From assembly GCA_964016885.1 (NCBI GenBank), contig OZ024740.1, positions 441,564,001 to 441,628,000 of the forward strand: a DNA stretch of 64,000 nucleotides. Direction: 5' to 3'. Under the pieces are notes generated by a model. It worked only from the letters and a program-made list of their open reading frames with translations. It did not search any database and was not told where the DNA came from. Below are positions 13,011 through 26,919 of this stretch, one piece after another. Position 1 is the stretch's first letter, and each line of letters opens with the position of its first letter. Source of the stretch: Eledone cirrhosa. Its lineage: Eukaryota. A program made the position numbers and the translations under genes.

Positions 13011-13197
13011 AATTGAAATATAAATAGAAGTTTCACCGTAACATTGACTACATAATATAGTCTAATAACGGGGCCTATAGACCCACTGAACTGGAAAAGA
13101 TATCAGCAGACATCTTTTCCTGCTCAATGGGTCTATAGGCCCCGTTATTAGACTATATAGTCAATGTTACGGCGAAACTTCTATTTTTATTTCAATA
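13011..13197. mobile_element. MITE-like hairpin (~80-bp inverted arms)
   Basis: Arms are reverse complements. A solo arm homolog lies at ~16830-16922. Confidence 0.65.
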
Positions 13198-13409
13198 TAA
13201 TTTCTATTTAATGAACAGTACATTCTTCGCCACAACAAGTTATGGGAGGAGTTTGTTAGAGTCTTCCAGCCTCAGCTTAAATACTGTAATGTGTGGAGAC
13301 ATGTTTGGCTGTGTCGTTAAGAAGTTCTTTTCGTAACTACTTCGTTTTGGAGATTATCAACACCACCAGGTCATTCGTTGTCTTCAGCTGTTGCACACAT
13401 TGTGCTTCC

Positions 13410-13822
13410 ATTCTTCTTCTTGTTCTTGTTCTTCTTCTTCTTCTTCTTCTTCTTCTTCTTCTTCTTCTTCTTCTTCTCTCACTTGTTCCTGAGTGCCGTA
13501 GGGGCAGAGTCCCCAAACACTCCTTCCAGCAGATCCTGTCACAAGCAACCGTCTCCAAACTGATCTGGTTGAATCCCCAAGCGAGACCAGCCAAGCTCAT
13601 GGATGTTATTCTACCCTCTTCCTCGGAGTATATCCAAGGGTCTCCTGCTTCTGTTGGATTTCCCCGTAAAATCTGTCCAGTGATTCTTTCCCGAGACATT
13701 CTAACCACATACCCATAGTATCGGAGATTCTTTCCTGAGACATTCTAACTACATGTCTGTAGTATCAGAGCTGTGATATCTCAATTCGGAGATTCTTTCC
13801 TCAGACATTCTAACCACATGCT
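13410..13822 (-). mobile_element. RTE-like LINE 3' remnant with (GAA)n tail
   Basis: Homologous to 34690-35300 and 45280-46215 (VRMSRERITGQIL...WKECLGTL). Confidence 0.7.
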
Positions 13823-14364
13823 TCCCTTCCTAAAATAAATCTTAATATATGTTTTTTTTATTAATGTTTCTGAAAGGAATTTTTAAAATATTTCTACTAT
13901 TTATAACGATTAATTAAACATATTTTAAACATATTTATTCAATTTAACCAAAGCATGCATATTTTACTTGTGTTGACTATTTCTCATATTGAAGATATAA
14001 TTGGATTAAAATAAACAAGTTGCTTCTAGTGGTGCGAGAATTTGTATTATCTATAACTATATATTACAAGGGAGATTATTCATTATACTGAATGAGTTAT
14101 TTTCCTTGGTATAAAGTGAGGTAGAACACGTCAAATCAAACCAAGGAAACGATGTTTCTATTAGTCCTTCGATCGTAACTGGTAGAAAGTGCAACGTGTA
14201 ATAAGATGTCTTGTTGAAGGAGATAATGCATCACTTGGTCAGGGAATCGAAATCACAACCTCACCACTGAATATCCAACTCCCTATCCACCAAGCCACGT
14301 GCCTTCATGTAGGCCACAAACAATAATAAAAAAAATGTGTCGTTTTCCGAAATCTAATTGATAC

Positions 14365-16492
14365 ATTTAAGGCTTTCCATATATTTGACAACAGTTTTCA
14401 TTTAAGGCTTTCCATATATTTGACAACAGTTTTCATTTAAAGCTTTCCATATATTTGACAACAGTTTTCATTTAAGCTTTCCATATATTTTCCAACAGTT
14501 TCCATTTAAGGCTTTCCATATATTTTACAACAGTTTCCATTTAAGCTTTCCATATATTTTACAACAGTTTCCATTTAAGCTTTCCATAAATTTTACAACA
14601 GTTTCCACTTAAGCTTTCCATATATTTTACAACAGTTTCCATTTAAGCTTTCCATATATTTTACAACAGTTTCCATTCAAGGCTTTCCATATATTTTACA
14701 ACAGTTTCCATTTAAGGCTTTCCATATATTTTACAACAGTTTCCATTTAAGCTTTCCATATATTTTACAACAGTTTCCATTTAAGGCTTTCCATATATTT
14801 TACAACAGTTTCCATTTAAGGCTTTCCATATATTTTACAACAGTTTCCATTTAAGCTTTCCATATATTTTACAACAGTTTCCATTTAAGCTTTCCATATA
14901 TTTTACAACAGTTTCCATTTAAGCTTTCCATATATTTTACAACAGTTTCCATTTAAGGCTTTCCATATATTTTACAACAGTTTCCATTTAAGGCTTTCCA
15001 TATATTTTACAACAGTTTCCATTTAAGCTTTCCATATATTTTACAACAGTTTCCATTTAAGCTTTCCATATATTTTACAACAGTTTCCATTTAAGCTTTC
15101 CATATATTTTACACCAGTTTCCATTTAAGCTTTCCATATATTTTACAACAGTTTCCATTTAAGGCTTTCCATATATTTTACAACAGTTTCCATTTAAGGC
15201 TTTCCATATATTTTACAACAGTTTCCATTTAATCTTTCCATATATTTTACAACAGTTTCCATTTAAGCTTTCCATATATTTTACAACAGTTACCATTTAA
15301 GGCTTTCCATATATTTTACAACAGTTTCCATTTAAGGCTTTCCATATATTTTACAACAGTTTCCATTTAAGCTTTCCATATATTTTACAACAGTTTCCAT
15401 TTAAGGCTTTCCATATATTTTACAACAGTTTCCATTTAAGCTTTCCATATATTTTACAACAGTTTCCATTTAAGCTTTCCATATATTTTACAACAGTTTC
15501 CATTTAAGCTTTCCATATATTTTACAACAGTTTCCATTTAAGGCTTTCCATATATTTTACAACAGTTTCCATTTAAGGCTTTCCATATATTTTACAACAG
15601 TTTCCATTTAAGCTTTCCATATATTTTACAACAGTTTCCATTTAAGGCTTTCCATATATTTTACAACAGTTTCCATTTAAGCTTTCCATATATTTTACAA
15701 CAGTTTCCATTTAAGCTTTCCATATATTTTACAACAGTTTCCATTTAAGCTTTCCATATATTTTACAACAGTTTCCATTTAAGGCTTTCCATATATTTTA
15801 CAACAGTTTCCATTTAAGCTTTCCATATATTTTACAACAGTTTCCATTTAAGCTTTCCATATATTTTACAACAGTTTCCATTTAAGCTTTCCATATATTT
15901 TACAACAGTTTCCATTTAAGGCTTTCCATATATTTTACAACAGTTTCCATTTAAGGCTTTCCATATATTTTACAACACTTTCCATTTAAGCTTTCCATAT
16001 ATTTTACAACAGTTTCCATTTAAGCTTTCCATATATTTTACAAGAGTTTCCATTTAAGCTTTCCATATATTTTACAACAGTTTCCATTTAAGGCTTTCCA
16101 TATATTTTACAACAGTTTCCATTTAATCTTTCCATATATTTTACAACAGTTTCTATTTAAGCTTTCCATATATTTTACAACAGTTTCCATTTAAGGCTTT
16201 CCATATATTTTACAACAGTTTCCATTTAATCTTTCCATATATTTTACAACAGTTTCCATTTAATCTTTCCATATATTTTACAACAGTTTCCATTTAAGCT
16301 TTCCATATATTTTACAACAGTTTCCATTTAAGGCTTTCCATATATTTTACAACAGTTTCCATTTAATCTTTCCATATATTTTACAACAGTTTCCATTTAA
16401 GCTTTCCATATATTTTACAACAGTTTCCATTTAAGGCTTTCCATATATTTTACAACAGTTTCTATGTAAGCTTTCCATATATTTTACAACAG
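14365..16492. repeat. 34/35-bp AT-rich minisatellite, ~62 copies
   Basis: Unit TTTCCATTTAAG(G)CTTTCCATATATTTTACAACAG. Confidence 0.96.
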
Positions 16493-17289
16493 TATGCATT
16501 TCGTTTGATTTAATTCTCAAGTGACACTGAGTGGTATATTTCTTAGTTTCATTGCTAATTAAGAAAACCTATATTTATGTTTAGGGGCTAGAATAAGAAA
16601 CCCACAGTTAGTTGTGTAGTGAGAAGCAGGGCATCAAAATATTGAGAACACCTGATCCGAATACCTGCAACAGAAGGGCCACTATAAAAGAAACAGGTTT
16701 TGCTAAGTAGGTCTGAGTAACATCAAAGTACCGCCAAAATATGCGGCAGTTCTGTGAGATAAAATGACTTTTAATATATGTTATGAATGATATAAAAATA
16801 ATCTCTCTGCAATAATTTTAGTGTGTGCTGACATCTTTTCCAGTTCAGTGGGTTTATATGCCCCATTATTAGAATATATTATGTAATCAATGTTACGGTG
16901 AAATTCTTATTTCTATTTCAATTCTAAACTTCGCTCGCCGTCTTCCAACCATACTTCCTTGATTTTAGGTTGATTTAATGTTTTAATAAAATATATATGA
17001 AGGGCAATTGTCCGCAAAATAGAAATACGGGTTCCACAATTTTTGGAAAATTATAAAACGATGAACCCACAGCAGGAGATGAGGTACATATAAGAACAAC
17101 AAACTCCCTTTTGTGTCAATGGCTAACCAGGATAGGCTGGCTACAGAAACTGTAGCAAAAATGGTGGTGCCCCAGAATGGCCGCAGTCTCTCGGTTGGAA
17201 CACATAGAGTGATAGATTACTATTGACTGTACAACCGCTCTATTACGGTACTATATACAACCATTTAATTTAAAACCGCTCTATATATA

Positions 17290-17600
17290 GTCATAGATAT
17301 ATTATCAAGTCATATAAACAGTCATATATTATCAAGTCATATAAACAGTCATATATACAATCAGTCATATAAACAGTCATATATAAAGTCAGTCATATAA
17401 ACAGTCATATAAACAGTCATATATACAGTCAGTCTTATAAACTGTCATATATACAGTCAGTCATATAAACAGTCATATATACAGTCAGTCATATAAACAG
17501 TCATATATACAGACAGTGATATAAACAGTCATATATACAGTCAGTCATATAAACAGTCATATATACAGTCAGTCATATAAACAGTCATATATAGTCAGTT
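17290..17600. repeat. Short compound tandem repeat (CAGTCATATA-based)
   Basis: Repeated CAGTCATATAAACAGTCATATATACAGT. Confidence 0.85.
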
Positions 17601-18039
17601 AAATATTATTGGTATTAATTACTGGTTTACCTTACCTAAAGATGAGTTTAAACATAAACACAAAATATGTGTACGTGTGTGTATGTTTATGTATGTGTGT
17701 GTGTGTATGACTATGTGTCTGTATGCCTGTATATGCCTGTGGTTGAAGCTTGTTCCAGCCGTGTCGCAGTAGGGTGAATGATTTGAGGGAAGATTTGGCT
17801 GCTATATCTAGCAAATTGAAAACCGACTGCATTTGTTATACAAGGGAAATAACTCAGATTCTTTTTTTCAACTATTTTCTGAGATTGAAATGGTGGAGTT
17901 ACAGTCTTAGTTCAAATCCAAACGAGGTTAACTTTGCCTTTCATCCTTACGGGGTCGATAAAATAAAGTACCAGTAATGTACTGGGGTAATTGCTGGCCT
18001 TGTGCCAAAAGTAGAAACAATTATTATTTACATAAATTA

Positions 18040-18260
18040 GGGCGGTGGATTGGCAGTATCTGTGGAGCGTTGGACACCATGCTTTACGGCATAGAGTTAT
18101 GACCCTTTACGTTCTGAGTTCAAATTCCGCCGCGGTAAGCTTTGCCTTTCATATTTACGTAGTCGATAAAATAAAGTACCAGTAATGCACTGGGGTCGAT
18201 TTAATCAACTTTCCCTTGCCCAAAATTTTCGGCCTTGGGCCTAAATCAGAAACTACTATT
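18040..18260 (+). mobile_element. tRNA-derived SINE, complete head; a second partial copy lies at 17890-18025
   Basis: GGCGGTGGATTGGCAGTATC...GAGTTCAAATTCC (B-box-like)...TTGCCTTTCAT...GTCGATAAAATAAAGTACCAG, recurring at 34395, 34590, 37780, 39300, 44150 and 54806. Confidence 0.8.
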
Positions 18261-18272
18261 TACATATAAACA

Positions 18273-18336
<64 letters not shown>

Positions 18337-18399
18337 CATACATACATACATACATACATACATACATACATACATACATACATACATACATACATACAT

Positions 18400-20925
18400 A
18401 AATCAGTTTATCGCAGCTTCGGTGGCAAAAGCTCAATCCCTGTAAATGACACCCCTTCAAAAGAACAGGTTGAGAGCTACTGGAGATCTGTATGGGAAAC
18501 GGATGACGGATTCAACAGATAAACTAATTGACTAAAAGAACTGGAACAGAACTACTGCCAACATGTCCAGATAAAACAATATGACATAGATGGGTCAATA
18601 CTGGAAACAGCTCTGCAGAAAATGTCGAATAAGAAATCGCCAAGCCCAGACCTCATTACAGGATACTGGTTGAAGAATTTCACTTTCTATCGGCAAGATC
18701 TCATACGGCTGTTTACAGAAACCATTAAAGGCACACAAGAACTGCCCAGATGGTTATCAACTGCCACTACTCTCCTCATTCCCAAAAATAGCCACACCAC
18801 CCTTGCTAAAAATTACCGCCCAATAGCCTGCCAAAACATCATTTATAAATTATATACTGGGTGCCTTAACCTGTTCTTACAGGATCACTGTGCTACCAAC
18901 AACATCATAACACCTGAGCAAGCTGGTGGAAAGAGGGAGGTGTGGGTTTGCATAGATCACCTACTAACTAATAAAATGATTCAGGAAAAAACAGCAAAGA
19001 ATCGCAGAAACATGACTGTGGTTGTGGCTGGACTATCAAAAAGCATTTGATAGTGTACCTCATCTGTGGATTATTAAGGCTCTACAGTTAGCCAATGTCC
19101 CTCAACCATTGGTAGCTGCTGTTGAACGCCTCACCAAGAACTGGTACATCAATTTGATCCTTAGATATGAGAAGGAGCAAGTTTAGACTGATAAGATACA
19201 TTACCAGAAGGGCATCTTTCAGGGTGATAGCTTGTCAGTGCTACTCTTCGTTCTCTCACTGAATCCACTATCTTACCTACTCAGGAAACAAGGTGGACAA
19301 AGAAGTGGGTCCAGAAGTATCTCCCATCTTTTCTTTGTTGATGACCTGAAGTTGTATGGGACAAATATCAATGACATCAAGAAACAATTGGACCTCATTA
19401 CACAATTTTCAACAGACATCAAAATGAAATTTGGTGAGTCCAAGTGTGCATATTTGGCAGTAAAACGTGGAAGAGCTGTGCCCTCCTTTAGAAATCTAGA
19501 GATGAACGGCCTGACAATACAACCTCTACAGTCAGGTGACAACTACAGATATCTAGGACAGGATGAGAATGTCAGATATGATGGACCCATAAATAAGGAG
19601 AGAACCAGAACTGAATACCTCAGAAGAGTAAAGAAAATATGGTCATCAGAACTGTCAGCGTACAACAAATACATTGCCCACAATACTTATGCTGTGCCAA
19701 TTCTAACGCCAACATTTGGCCTGCTGAACTGGTCATTGCAAGAACTAAGTGAGATGGATGTTAGAACTCGCAAACTTCTCAGTGTTGCTGGGAACTTTAA
19801 CATCAATAGTGATGTGGATAGGCTATACTTCTCACGCAAGGAAGGTGGCCGGGGTCTAAAATCAATATTAACAACATATGAGACCCGCATATTAACACTG
19901 AAGCAACACCTTCAACAGAGGGAAAAGGTTTATGAGCACGAAAAAAAAATATCATTAGAATAGCGACTGATCTGGAGGAGAGATATGGAATAAAGCCTGA
20001 TATAAATCTCTCACCCAGAGAAATCGGAAGATCCTATTCAATGTTCAAACAAGATGAAAAAATTGACCAATTTACAGAAAAAGTTGTGCATGGATACTTG
20101 AGACGTAAAACACAGACCATAGAGGGGATAAACCACTCAAAAAGCCTGGCATGGAGTTCCGACAAGTTTATGACATCACACCTTGAGGGATATCTCTATG
20201 CAATACAGGAACAAGAACTCCCTACCAAATATCTGCTGCACAAAAGAGGATGGCCAGCAGCTGACAATAAATGTAGGCTATGTAAAACAAAGATTGAGGA
20301 TGTAAGCCACATTGTTGCCAGCTGCGAAAGAATGTCATCTCGCTACTACCTCCCCATGAGGCACGATGGGATAGCTAGAACCATCTGGAACGCACTTCGG
20401 AAAACAAAATTAACAACAAACGAGGAAGAATATATTGAGACAGATGGCACTAAGGAATACTGATGGAACCTGAAAATAAAAACTGCCACCAAATTAAAGC
20501 ACAACCGGCCTGATATTGTTGTTTGGGACCACACATTGAAAACGTGTTCTGTTGTGGAGATCAGCTGCCCACTTGATGTAAACGTTTCAGAAAAATACAG
20601 GAGAAGGAGGACATCTACGGACCATTGATGAGGAGTTTACAAATCCAGTATCCAAGATACACCTTTAGCTTCATACCCATCATTATTGGAGCTACGGGTT
20701 ATATACCAACCCGATTGGACCAAAGTATGACTGAACTTGGATTTGCGGACAAAAAGCGCAGCTCCCTAATTCATAGTCTGCAAATGGCTGCGATAGTTGG
20801 CGCCTTCAAAATTTGCAAAACGTTCTTGCGATTCAAGGGATGACAATTTCTTTTCTTTTACAACCTTGCCACCAGGAAGGTGGCCGGTCAAAAAAATATA
20901 CTCGAAATTAAGAGAAAGAGATATA
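18400..20925 (+). mobile_element. R4/Dong-like RLE non-LTR retrotransposon, 5'-truncated, frameshifted
   Basis: KSPSPDLITGYWLK, NYRPIACQN, GIFQGDSLS, HLFFVDDLKLYG, EGGRGL, CRLC..SH..SC, RHD, RPDIVVW, VEISCP (RT plus CCHC plus PD-(D/E)XK). Embedded in (TACA)n. Confidence 0.88.
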
Positions 20926-21030
20926 CATACATGATGGCTGCCCCCTCGTTATCGAGTAAGGCCATTGCACGAGAAAAAATAATAATAATAACAATAATAA
21001 TAATAACAACAACAACAACAATAATAATAA

Positions 21031-24000
21031 TTATTATTATTTCATTTATTAGCCACAAGGGCCGACATGTAGGGGACAATACAAAGACAGGGACAGTGGG
21101 GGTTTACAATAAGGTCGAGTAAAAGTGCACAATGGCAAGACTAATTTAACAATGAAAATATAAAAATGTAAAATAAACTATGCATAAATATAACAAAATA
21201 AATTCCCCGATAGGGGGTGGACGACCCTGGGGTGACTCGGGTACCCCACCAATTCTGAACCACCCTGCGCTTCTTGGGCACCCAGGGAGAGCACCCCTCT
21301 CCTCAAGTTAGCTAGCCTATAGGCGCATGGTCAGAGTAGGCCCATTCACACAAGCCATTCTCGCCACATTCATCCACCTTTTAGCAAATGTACTGGGGTG
21401 GGGGGGAGCACTTCTCTCTCCACCCTCACCTTCCTTTCCAGGTGAAACTTCAAGAAGTTGATGAGGGATTGGTCGAAGAGAAAAGTGTCTGTCTTCAGTC
21501 CTTTTAACCTGGTCCGCCATATAACCTCTTTCGCAATTGCCACCAGACAGAAGAAAATTTCCTGCTCTTCCTGACCTAAGGAAGGCGGTAGATCGATCTT
21601 CACTATGGACTCGGCCGAGAGCCGGATTCGTTCCACACGCGACAGTAGCTGTTCGACATAACTCCACAAGTCAGTAATGCACGGACATTGGACAAGTACA
21701 TGCAGAACGGTTTCGTCGTTCTGTGCGCATCTTGGGCAGGTTCGTCTGACAGCACTTCCGTACCTGTAGAGTTTATCCCGAACCGGCAGTGCCCCCCAGT
21801 AGCACTGCCAAGCGAGGGATTTCTGGAAATTGTCCATCGTTCCCGGCTCAAAAGTCCTCCGGTACAGACTGGTCAGTTCGACTTCGTCGAGGCCCAAAGC
21901 TTCTCCGAGCGCGTCATCGCACTTGCCCACCACTAATCGTCTATAGAACTCGAGAGTGGAAGTCCCACTGATCGCATTGCCCGCTTGGTAGAGGGCAGTA
22001 AGTGCCTGGCAACATTCCAGGTGCCAGTCACCCAGTCTCGGTCTCTTCTTGACCCAGGACTGCAGCTCAGTCAAAGAAATGAGCTGCGGAAAGGCTCGTC
22101 TGATAAACGGCGACCACACCTGTTCACCTTTGAGGCAGAATATCTGGAGATGTCGCGGCCTCAACGCATGTCTGCGCATCGTTAGCCACGGCATGCCCAG
22201 CCCTCCGCGTAGAGGGTGCTGGCAGCAGATGGACCGCCTCACCAACGGAACTTGTCCTCTCCACAAGAATTTGAAGAGGAGCCGTTCCAACTTGACGTGG
22301 CGCGGACGGGGGCAAGGTACGACGGTCAGGCGGTAGTAGATGACGGACGAGATGTACGCATTCGCCACCTCCGCGCGACCTTTCAGTGATAGCTTCCTCC
22401 CAGCCCATTTTTGGGTGAGACTGGCTACTCTGCTCGTTACCTCGTCCCAATTCTTTTCCACCTGGAGGTCTGGTCCGAACCAAACCCCGAGCAACTTTAT
22501 CGGTCCGTCCGTCCAGCGCCCCACGACGCTGTTGGACGGCATGGGCTTGTCTCTCCAGGTTTCGAGCTGCAAGCCCGCCGACTTTTCCGGGTTAAGTTTG
22601 GCTCCTGTCAACCTTTCATATTCCTTCAATAAGGTGCCGACCACCTCGATTTCTGAGGTGTTCGGCACCATCACGGTGATGTCGTCCACATAAGCCGACA
22701 CCGCCCTTTCACGTCCCGGTTCGAGCGGGATGCCCTGCAACAGCTCCAGCTTCCGCAGTAAAGGCTCGAGAGTCAATACGTACAGAAGGGAAGAGAGAGG
22801 GCACCCTTGACGGACCGATCAGGAGAGCCGAAATGGTTCCGAGCGGTGGCCATTAAACTTGAACACCGAGCGTGTGCCGCTGTGCATTGCAGCGATCCAG
22901 CTTCTGAAGACAGGGCCGAAGCCAGCTGCTTTGAGGACAAACTCCAGATACCGATGGTCGACCCTATCGAATGCTTTCAATTGATCTAAATTGATCAGTG
23001 CCCCACCGAAGCCAGGTTTACACCCTACCCTCTCTATGATGTATCGCATGAGGTGGAGATTGTCGTGTATGGACCTGGCTGGGATTGCGCAAGTTTGCGC
23101 CTCCCCAACCAAATCCTCGACGACAAGCGCCAATCTCTTTGCTAACACCTTGGCCAAAATCTTAAACTCTGTGTTGAGCAGAGTTATGGGCCTGAAGTTG
23201 TCTAATGTATCCCCCTTGTTCTCGTCTTTCCTTATCAGTGGCACCACTCCCCTGCTCACAGAACTGGGAATACTCCTATTCTGCTGCCAGTTGCAGTAAA
23301 GTGCTTCGAGGAGTTCGGAGAACAATCTGGCATATTTACGTAAAGCTCGTAGGGTAGGCCATCCAAACCGGGTGACTTGCGCCTCATTCAGCCGACAAGG
23401 GCGTCCTGTATTTCGGCTGAAGTAATCGGCCTTTCGCAGCGCTCAGCGTCGACTGTCGAGATGCGCGGCAAGCCGTCAAGGTAGGGACTGAAATCCGCTA
23501 CTCTCTCTGACTCGCTACTCTCCCCGAACAACCAAGCAAAGTGCTGGCGAAAGGCTTCACACATCCGCTTGGAATCGCTTATCTCTTGTCCGTCTCGGTC
23601 CGCCAAAGACCGAATTGTTTTATTACCACGCTGCGCCTCCGCCACGCGGGCCCATCTAACAGCTTTCGTTCCCTCGTTTCTCAGCGCACGCGCCTTAGCT
23701 ATGAGAATGCAATCTTCGTGTTTCTCATTGAAGAAATGGTCTAATGCCATTCTCGGCGCTAGCACGTCAGTTGCAATGCCACTACAAATAGCCTCGTCTA
23801 ACTTATCTACCAGCTCCCCCTCCTTTCTATTTTTCTCTAACGCTAGTTCTTTGCTGAACTCTATCGAAGTTACTCTAATCTCTCTTTTGAGAACCCCCCA
23901 CCATCTGTTGTTGATGATCCCCCTGTCAACTTTTGCTTAACTAAACTGTTGACTCGGTCCCTGTAAGCCTTACGTGCCGGAAATGACATGTTCAGCTTCC

Positions 24001-26919
24001 AGTAACCCGGTCCTAACCTACGCGTTTTATTTAGGTCGACCGTACAGATCACAAATTTGTGATCTGAATAGGCGACCGTTTTAAAAAGTGGGTAGCCCAC
24101 ACTATTTCTATCTATTTTCCTAATGAAGATCCTGTCTATATACGGTCTAGATGACCCCATTCGGTTGGTCCATGTCCATACTGGCACATTGGGGAAATCT
24201 AGTCGATACCTGTCAGACAGTTGGAACTGGCTGAGTAGGTGCTTGAGGCTTTTGCACCCCCCGCTCCTATCAGCTACTCCCACACAATCCCAGCGTGCGT
24301 CTAAGATGCCATTCCAGTCCCCCGCTAAGAGTAAAGGGCGAGACGTACCCAAAAAGGTCTCCAGGCGCCTAAAGAAGTCCGGTCGTCCGGCTCCTGTAGG
24401 GGCGTAGACGGCCAGCAGTCTAAAGGCACCACCTTCGCTACTGCTCACATCCAAGACCACCAACTTACCGTCTGGGTCCCGGAAGATCGACATTACCTCG
24501 AGATCCAGTCCTTTCCTAAACAGCACTGCCACCCCATCCCCCATTCCCGGTCTGCTAACAGATGCGAAGATCTGATAGTCGTCGAAAATGGGGGCTAGTG
24601 CGCGCGTGTCGGAAATTCTGGTCTCGCTGGCGGCAATCACATCCTTTTCCAGCGACCTGAGGTGACCCCAGGCCGCAAACATTTAAAATTCCTACTCTTA
24701 ATATGGCCATATTGGTAAGCTAAGAGAGAGAGGGAAGGTTTACTTACCTCCCGGGGTCTTGTGAAGGTCGGGTGGTTGGACCTCCATGGTTGGTGGGGTT
24801 TCTTTTGGGAACCCCTTTAAAAGTCTTGATGTGTGTTTCACATTCGGGGTTCCCACGTCTTGAGGAAAGCTCTCTCGAATTTCTTTGAAGGAATTGAGTG
24901 ACATTCGGACCAGAAGCAAATCTTCTGGCACGCAAAATGTGCTCATTTCAAAAATCTCCCCCTCTGCTTGAATGTCCTCGCTTCGTGCTAAGAGGGCCAT
25001 CAGTTTATCGTTGGCCCTTCTGACAAGCACGAAGTTTTTAACATTTTGTTGGTATGGTTTTATTTGTTTTCGTTTTGGTGACTGTGGTGGTGATGGTATT
25101 GGTGGTGTTGTTTCGGGTATGTCTGTGTTTGTTGTAGGTATGGTGTCTGCAATTTCAGGTATTAGTGTGTTTATTTGTACTTGTGTTTGCTTAGGTTGTT
25201 TGCTTTTCGGAGATTGTGGAGGTGGTGTCGAAGTTGCTGTTGGTGATGAGGTTATTGGGGAAGTGTTTGCGTTAGTGGTGTCTGTATTTTTTGTTGTGTA
25301 TATTTTTGCGTTTTGTTGGGGCTTTTTTTTTGTGTGAGTTTTCTCTGTTTTTTTGGCACTTTTCGGTTTTCCTTCATCTTCGCTGCTGGAAGACAAAGGG
25401 TCTGTGGTTGTGAGTGTCTCTGTGTCTGTGTGTGCGTTTATTGTTTTGTCTATGTGTATAATTGGGGGTGGAGAGCTTTCCTCGTTTTCCCCTTGGATTG
25501 GTTTTGGTGTTGGTGGTGATCCGGCTGTTTTTGATGTTGGTGTCCGTGTTTTTGTTGGTGTTGTTTTTGGTGGTGGTGGTGGTGGTGGTGCAGCTTTCCG
25601 TGCTGACACTGGCGTTGGCAACAAAGGAGGTTTGCGACCCCCTGCATTTTTGCGCTGAGGGCAGAAGGCTTGCAGATGCGTTGCTTCTCCGCAGACGAAG
25701 CAGCGTGGCCTTCTTCCGTCAATGATTAGTTGGATTGTTGTCCCGTCCTGCAGGCGGGCAAAATCCGGGATGTTGTTTATGTCCTCCGGTTTCATTTGAA
25801 GAAGAATCTCCAAATCCATTCCGGACCAGTCCTCTCCCTCTGTCCTTTTGATATCCAGGAGGGTAGTGTCTGTCCCCTCCTCGATTACGCATCCCATAAG
25901 TTCATTCCTGGTGGGATGCTGGGAATGCGGACCTTTACTGTCCTTTTACCCATGTAGGACTGATGCATGATAATGCGCTCCGTTCTGCAGGGGGTCACCG
26001 AGTGCTTAATAGCGAGGGCCTCGGTTTTGAACTGTACCGAGATGGTACCGAACTGTTTGCCTCTTGCTTTGTACTCTATGTTACTTCCGATGTACTCCAA
26101 AGCAGCCTCGACCTCTGCTTGGCTGGCAAGTTCCACTTTTCGTGTCTGCACCGAAATGCATCGAAAGAACACCGTCCTCCTTTGTATGGCCGCTATTGCC
26201 TCGTCCGGGATGGTCAGGTTTGCCCAGGACTTCTCCCGTTTAATTAGCCTCCTCGCTTTGGCCAACTGTTCGTCTTTATCGCTAATATCAATATCAATAT
26301 TCAATAAGCGCTTTGTTTTTGCTGCTGCTGCAGCAAATCTGGTGCTTCTGATGCTTTTATTGTTGGTGTTGTCATTCTTGCTGTTGTTATTTGTGTTGTT
26401 GTTGTTGTTTTGTTTGTTTATGTTGTTGCCACCGCCATCCGTGTTTACATTGAAGCTGTCGGTGTTATTGTCGTTATTGCTCTGAGTTGTTGTTGTGGTG
26501 GTGGTGGTGGCGGTGGTGGTGATGTCGTTTTCAGATGATACTGCTGCTATCACAGAGGTTGAGTTTTGCCTTCACATTCAGTAGAGTGGATGACAGGCAT
26601 GACTGTAGCCGTCGTAGTCGTGGTGAAATATACAGTGGCTGCCTTTAAACTTTTGACCTGAACGTTGTTTACCGTTTCAAGGTCGAAAATTTCCATAATT
26701 TTTTGGGGGGTGGGGAAGCGATTTTTTTTCGAAGTTTAAAAAAAATAAATCTGAGGCTTAAAGCCCGAATATTCAGAGGTATCCCTCTCTTTAAATCAAG
26801 ATGTGTGCCTTAAGTTTCGTTAACGAGAAGAAAATACAAAAAATGACACTTTAAAACAGCTTAAAGTTACGAACCTTTTCCCCCGCAGATTTGTACTGTC
26901 TTCACACATATGCGGCCAT
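21031..26919 (-). mobile_element. Full-length Tx1/L1-clade LINE (ORF1 + ORF2), frameshifted
   Basis: ORF1 ~26696-24740 has a CCHC knuckle CFVCGEATHLQAFC. ORF2 ~24710-21320 has an APE domain (SETR, VYAP, GDWN, YIDRIF, SDH), RT (NFRPITLLN, KAFDRVDH, AYVDD) and C-terminal CPRC..ETVLH...C. AATAAA plus a (TAA) tail at ~21031-21050. Confidence 0.92.

Noticed and set aside
16560-16670. Acceptor-like ttgcag followed by a short ORF on the minus strand
   Set aside because: Overlaps a hAT-like terminus (TTGAGAACACCTG); no recognisable protein.
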